In this document: positions 63,801 through 64,000 of the stretch, in pieces
How the letters are laid out: each line of letters opens with the position of its first letter
Numbering within the stretch: the first letter of the stretch is position 1
Assembly: GCF_964355755.1 (NCBI RefSeq)
Contig: NC_092674.1
Span: forward strand, 12,958,001-13,022,000
Reading direction: 5' to 3'
Source of the DNA: Antedon mediterranea
Taxonomy: Eukaryota > Animalia > Echinodermata
DNA length: 64,000 bases
Position numbers and translations under genes: made by a program
Notes under the pieces: generated by a model
Database searches by the model: none
What the model was told of the DNA's origin: nothing
Seen by the model: the letters and a program-made list of their open reading frames with translations, nothing else

Positions 63801-63817
63801 TGTTCATACATTTTTCC
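54599..63817 (-). CDS. ROCO-family protein (Roc-COR) with three C-terminal death domains; 5' part lies beyond the window
   Basis: Exons in transcript order: 63817-63659 (FWIRSV..IMLIGTH), 62519-62271 (FTIENS..LPIKWL), 61738-61553 (FLEYLHDIGEILF..IVID), 61190-61035 (GKL..LLRHIW..LMQTFGL), 60948-60667 (FYVLSRL..LPDDLFQR), 60241-60161, 59853-59637, 57644-57498, 57085-56909, 56817-56518 (DD1), 56034-55711 (DD2), 54870-54599 (DD3, TGA). All junctions are GT-AG and phases are consistent over 2550 nt of open frame. Confidence 0.85.
55711..56034 (-). CDS. Death-domain exon 2
   Basis: WRRLAVRLGI..EVLVQWRN..MIKAFKQQGRVDLADSL; 324 nt, phase 1-1. Confidence 0.9.
56518..56817 (-). CDS. Death-domain exon 1
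   Basis: RRFGVRLGL..V..I..KMLKHWRR..LCTALRQHGRNDLADLL; 300 nt, phase 1-1. Confidence 0.85.
57747..59299 (-). mobile_element. Non-autonomous Helitron, sister of 30814-33043, in a ROCO intron
   Basis: The minus strand starts A|TCTATATATAAATTTACGTAAGGGCAAAATTCGG and ends with the hairpin ...gcgagcgaagcgagcgtgccatCTAG|T. It has an internal ~257-bp duplication (~58330-58585 and ~58588-58840). Confidence 0.85.
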
Positions 63818-64000
63818 CTAAATCACAAAGAAAATGAACAAAATTTTCATTTTAAATTCTTAAACAGGTAGTTTGAAAACATTGTGGAAAATTATCTTAT
63901 AATTGTGGTAATAATAGCAGCACACATTTATATAGAAAAATAACACTATCATGGAAATGGAAATAACAACAATCATGTATCAGGCCTCTGCTATTTGCAC

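Noticed and set aside
54599-63817. Naming the ROCO gene DAPK1 or LRRK
   Set aside because: No kinase or ankyrin region is visible, three death domains differ from DAPK1, and the N-terminus is outside the window.

Overview
AT-rich, intron-rich animal genomic DNA. A Deu-domain-like SINE and the gene families suggest an invertebrate deuterostome, but that is inference. I rebuilt four spliced protein-coding loci by hand from GT-AG exons. (1) The 3' two-thirds of an integrin beta subunit (+, 8245-26311, 15 exons). (2) A full SLC22 organic cation/anion transporter (+, 33332-48187, 10 exons). (3) An orphan, decayed myosin neck fragment with IQ motifs, most like MYO19 (+, ~50578-51192). (4) The 3' part of an intact ROCO-type gene (-, 63817 down to 54599, 12 exons, ~849 aa in window): Roc C-terminus, COR, two low-complexity linker exons and three tandem death domains, each on its own phase-1 exon. 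The integrin and SLC22 genes each carry two small frameshifts but no nonsense substitutions, which points to assembly indels or very recent inactivation. Introns and intergenic DNA hold non-autonomous Helitrons, nested Helentron-like elements carrying six tRNA-Val-like copies, a 5S/tRNA chimeric SINE with a 4x internal amplification, hAT, foldback and long-TIR elements, LINE fragments (Tx1/L1, CR1, L2, RTE) and minisatellites. No prokaryotic system or CRISPR array is present. The best candidate for an undescribed system is the modular Roc-COR-triple-death-domain gene.
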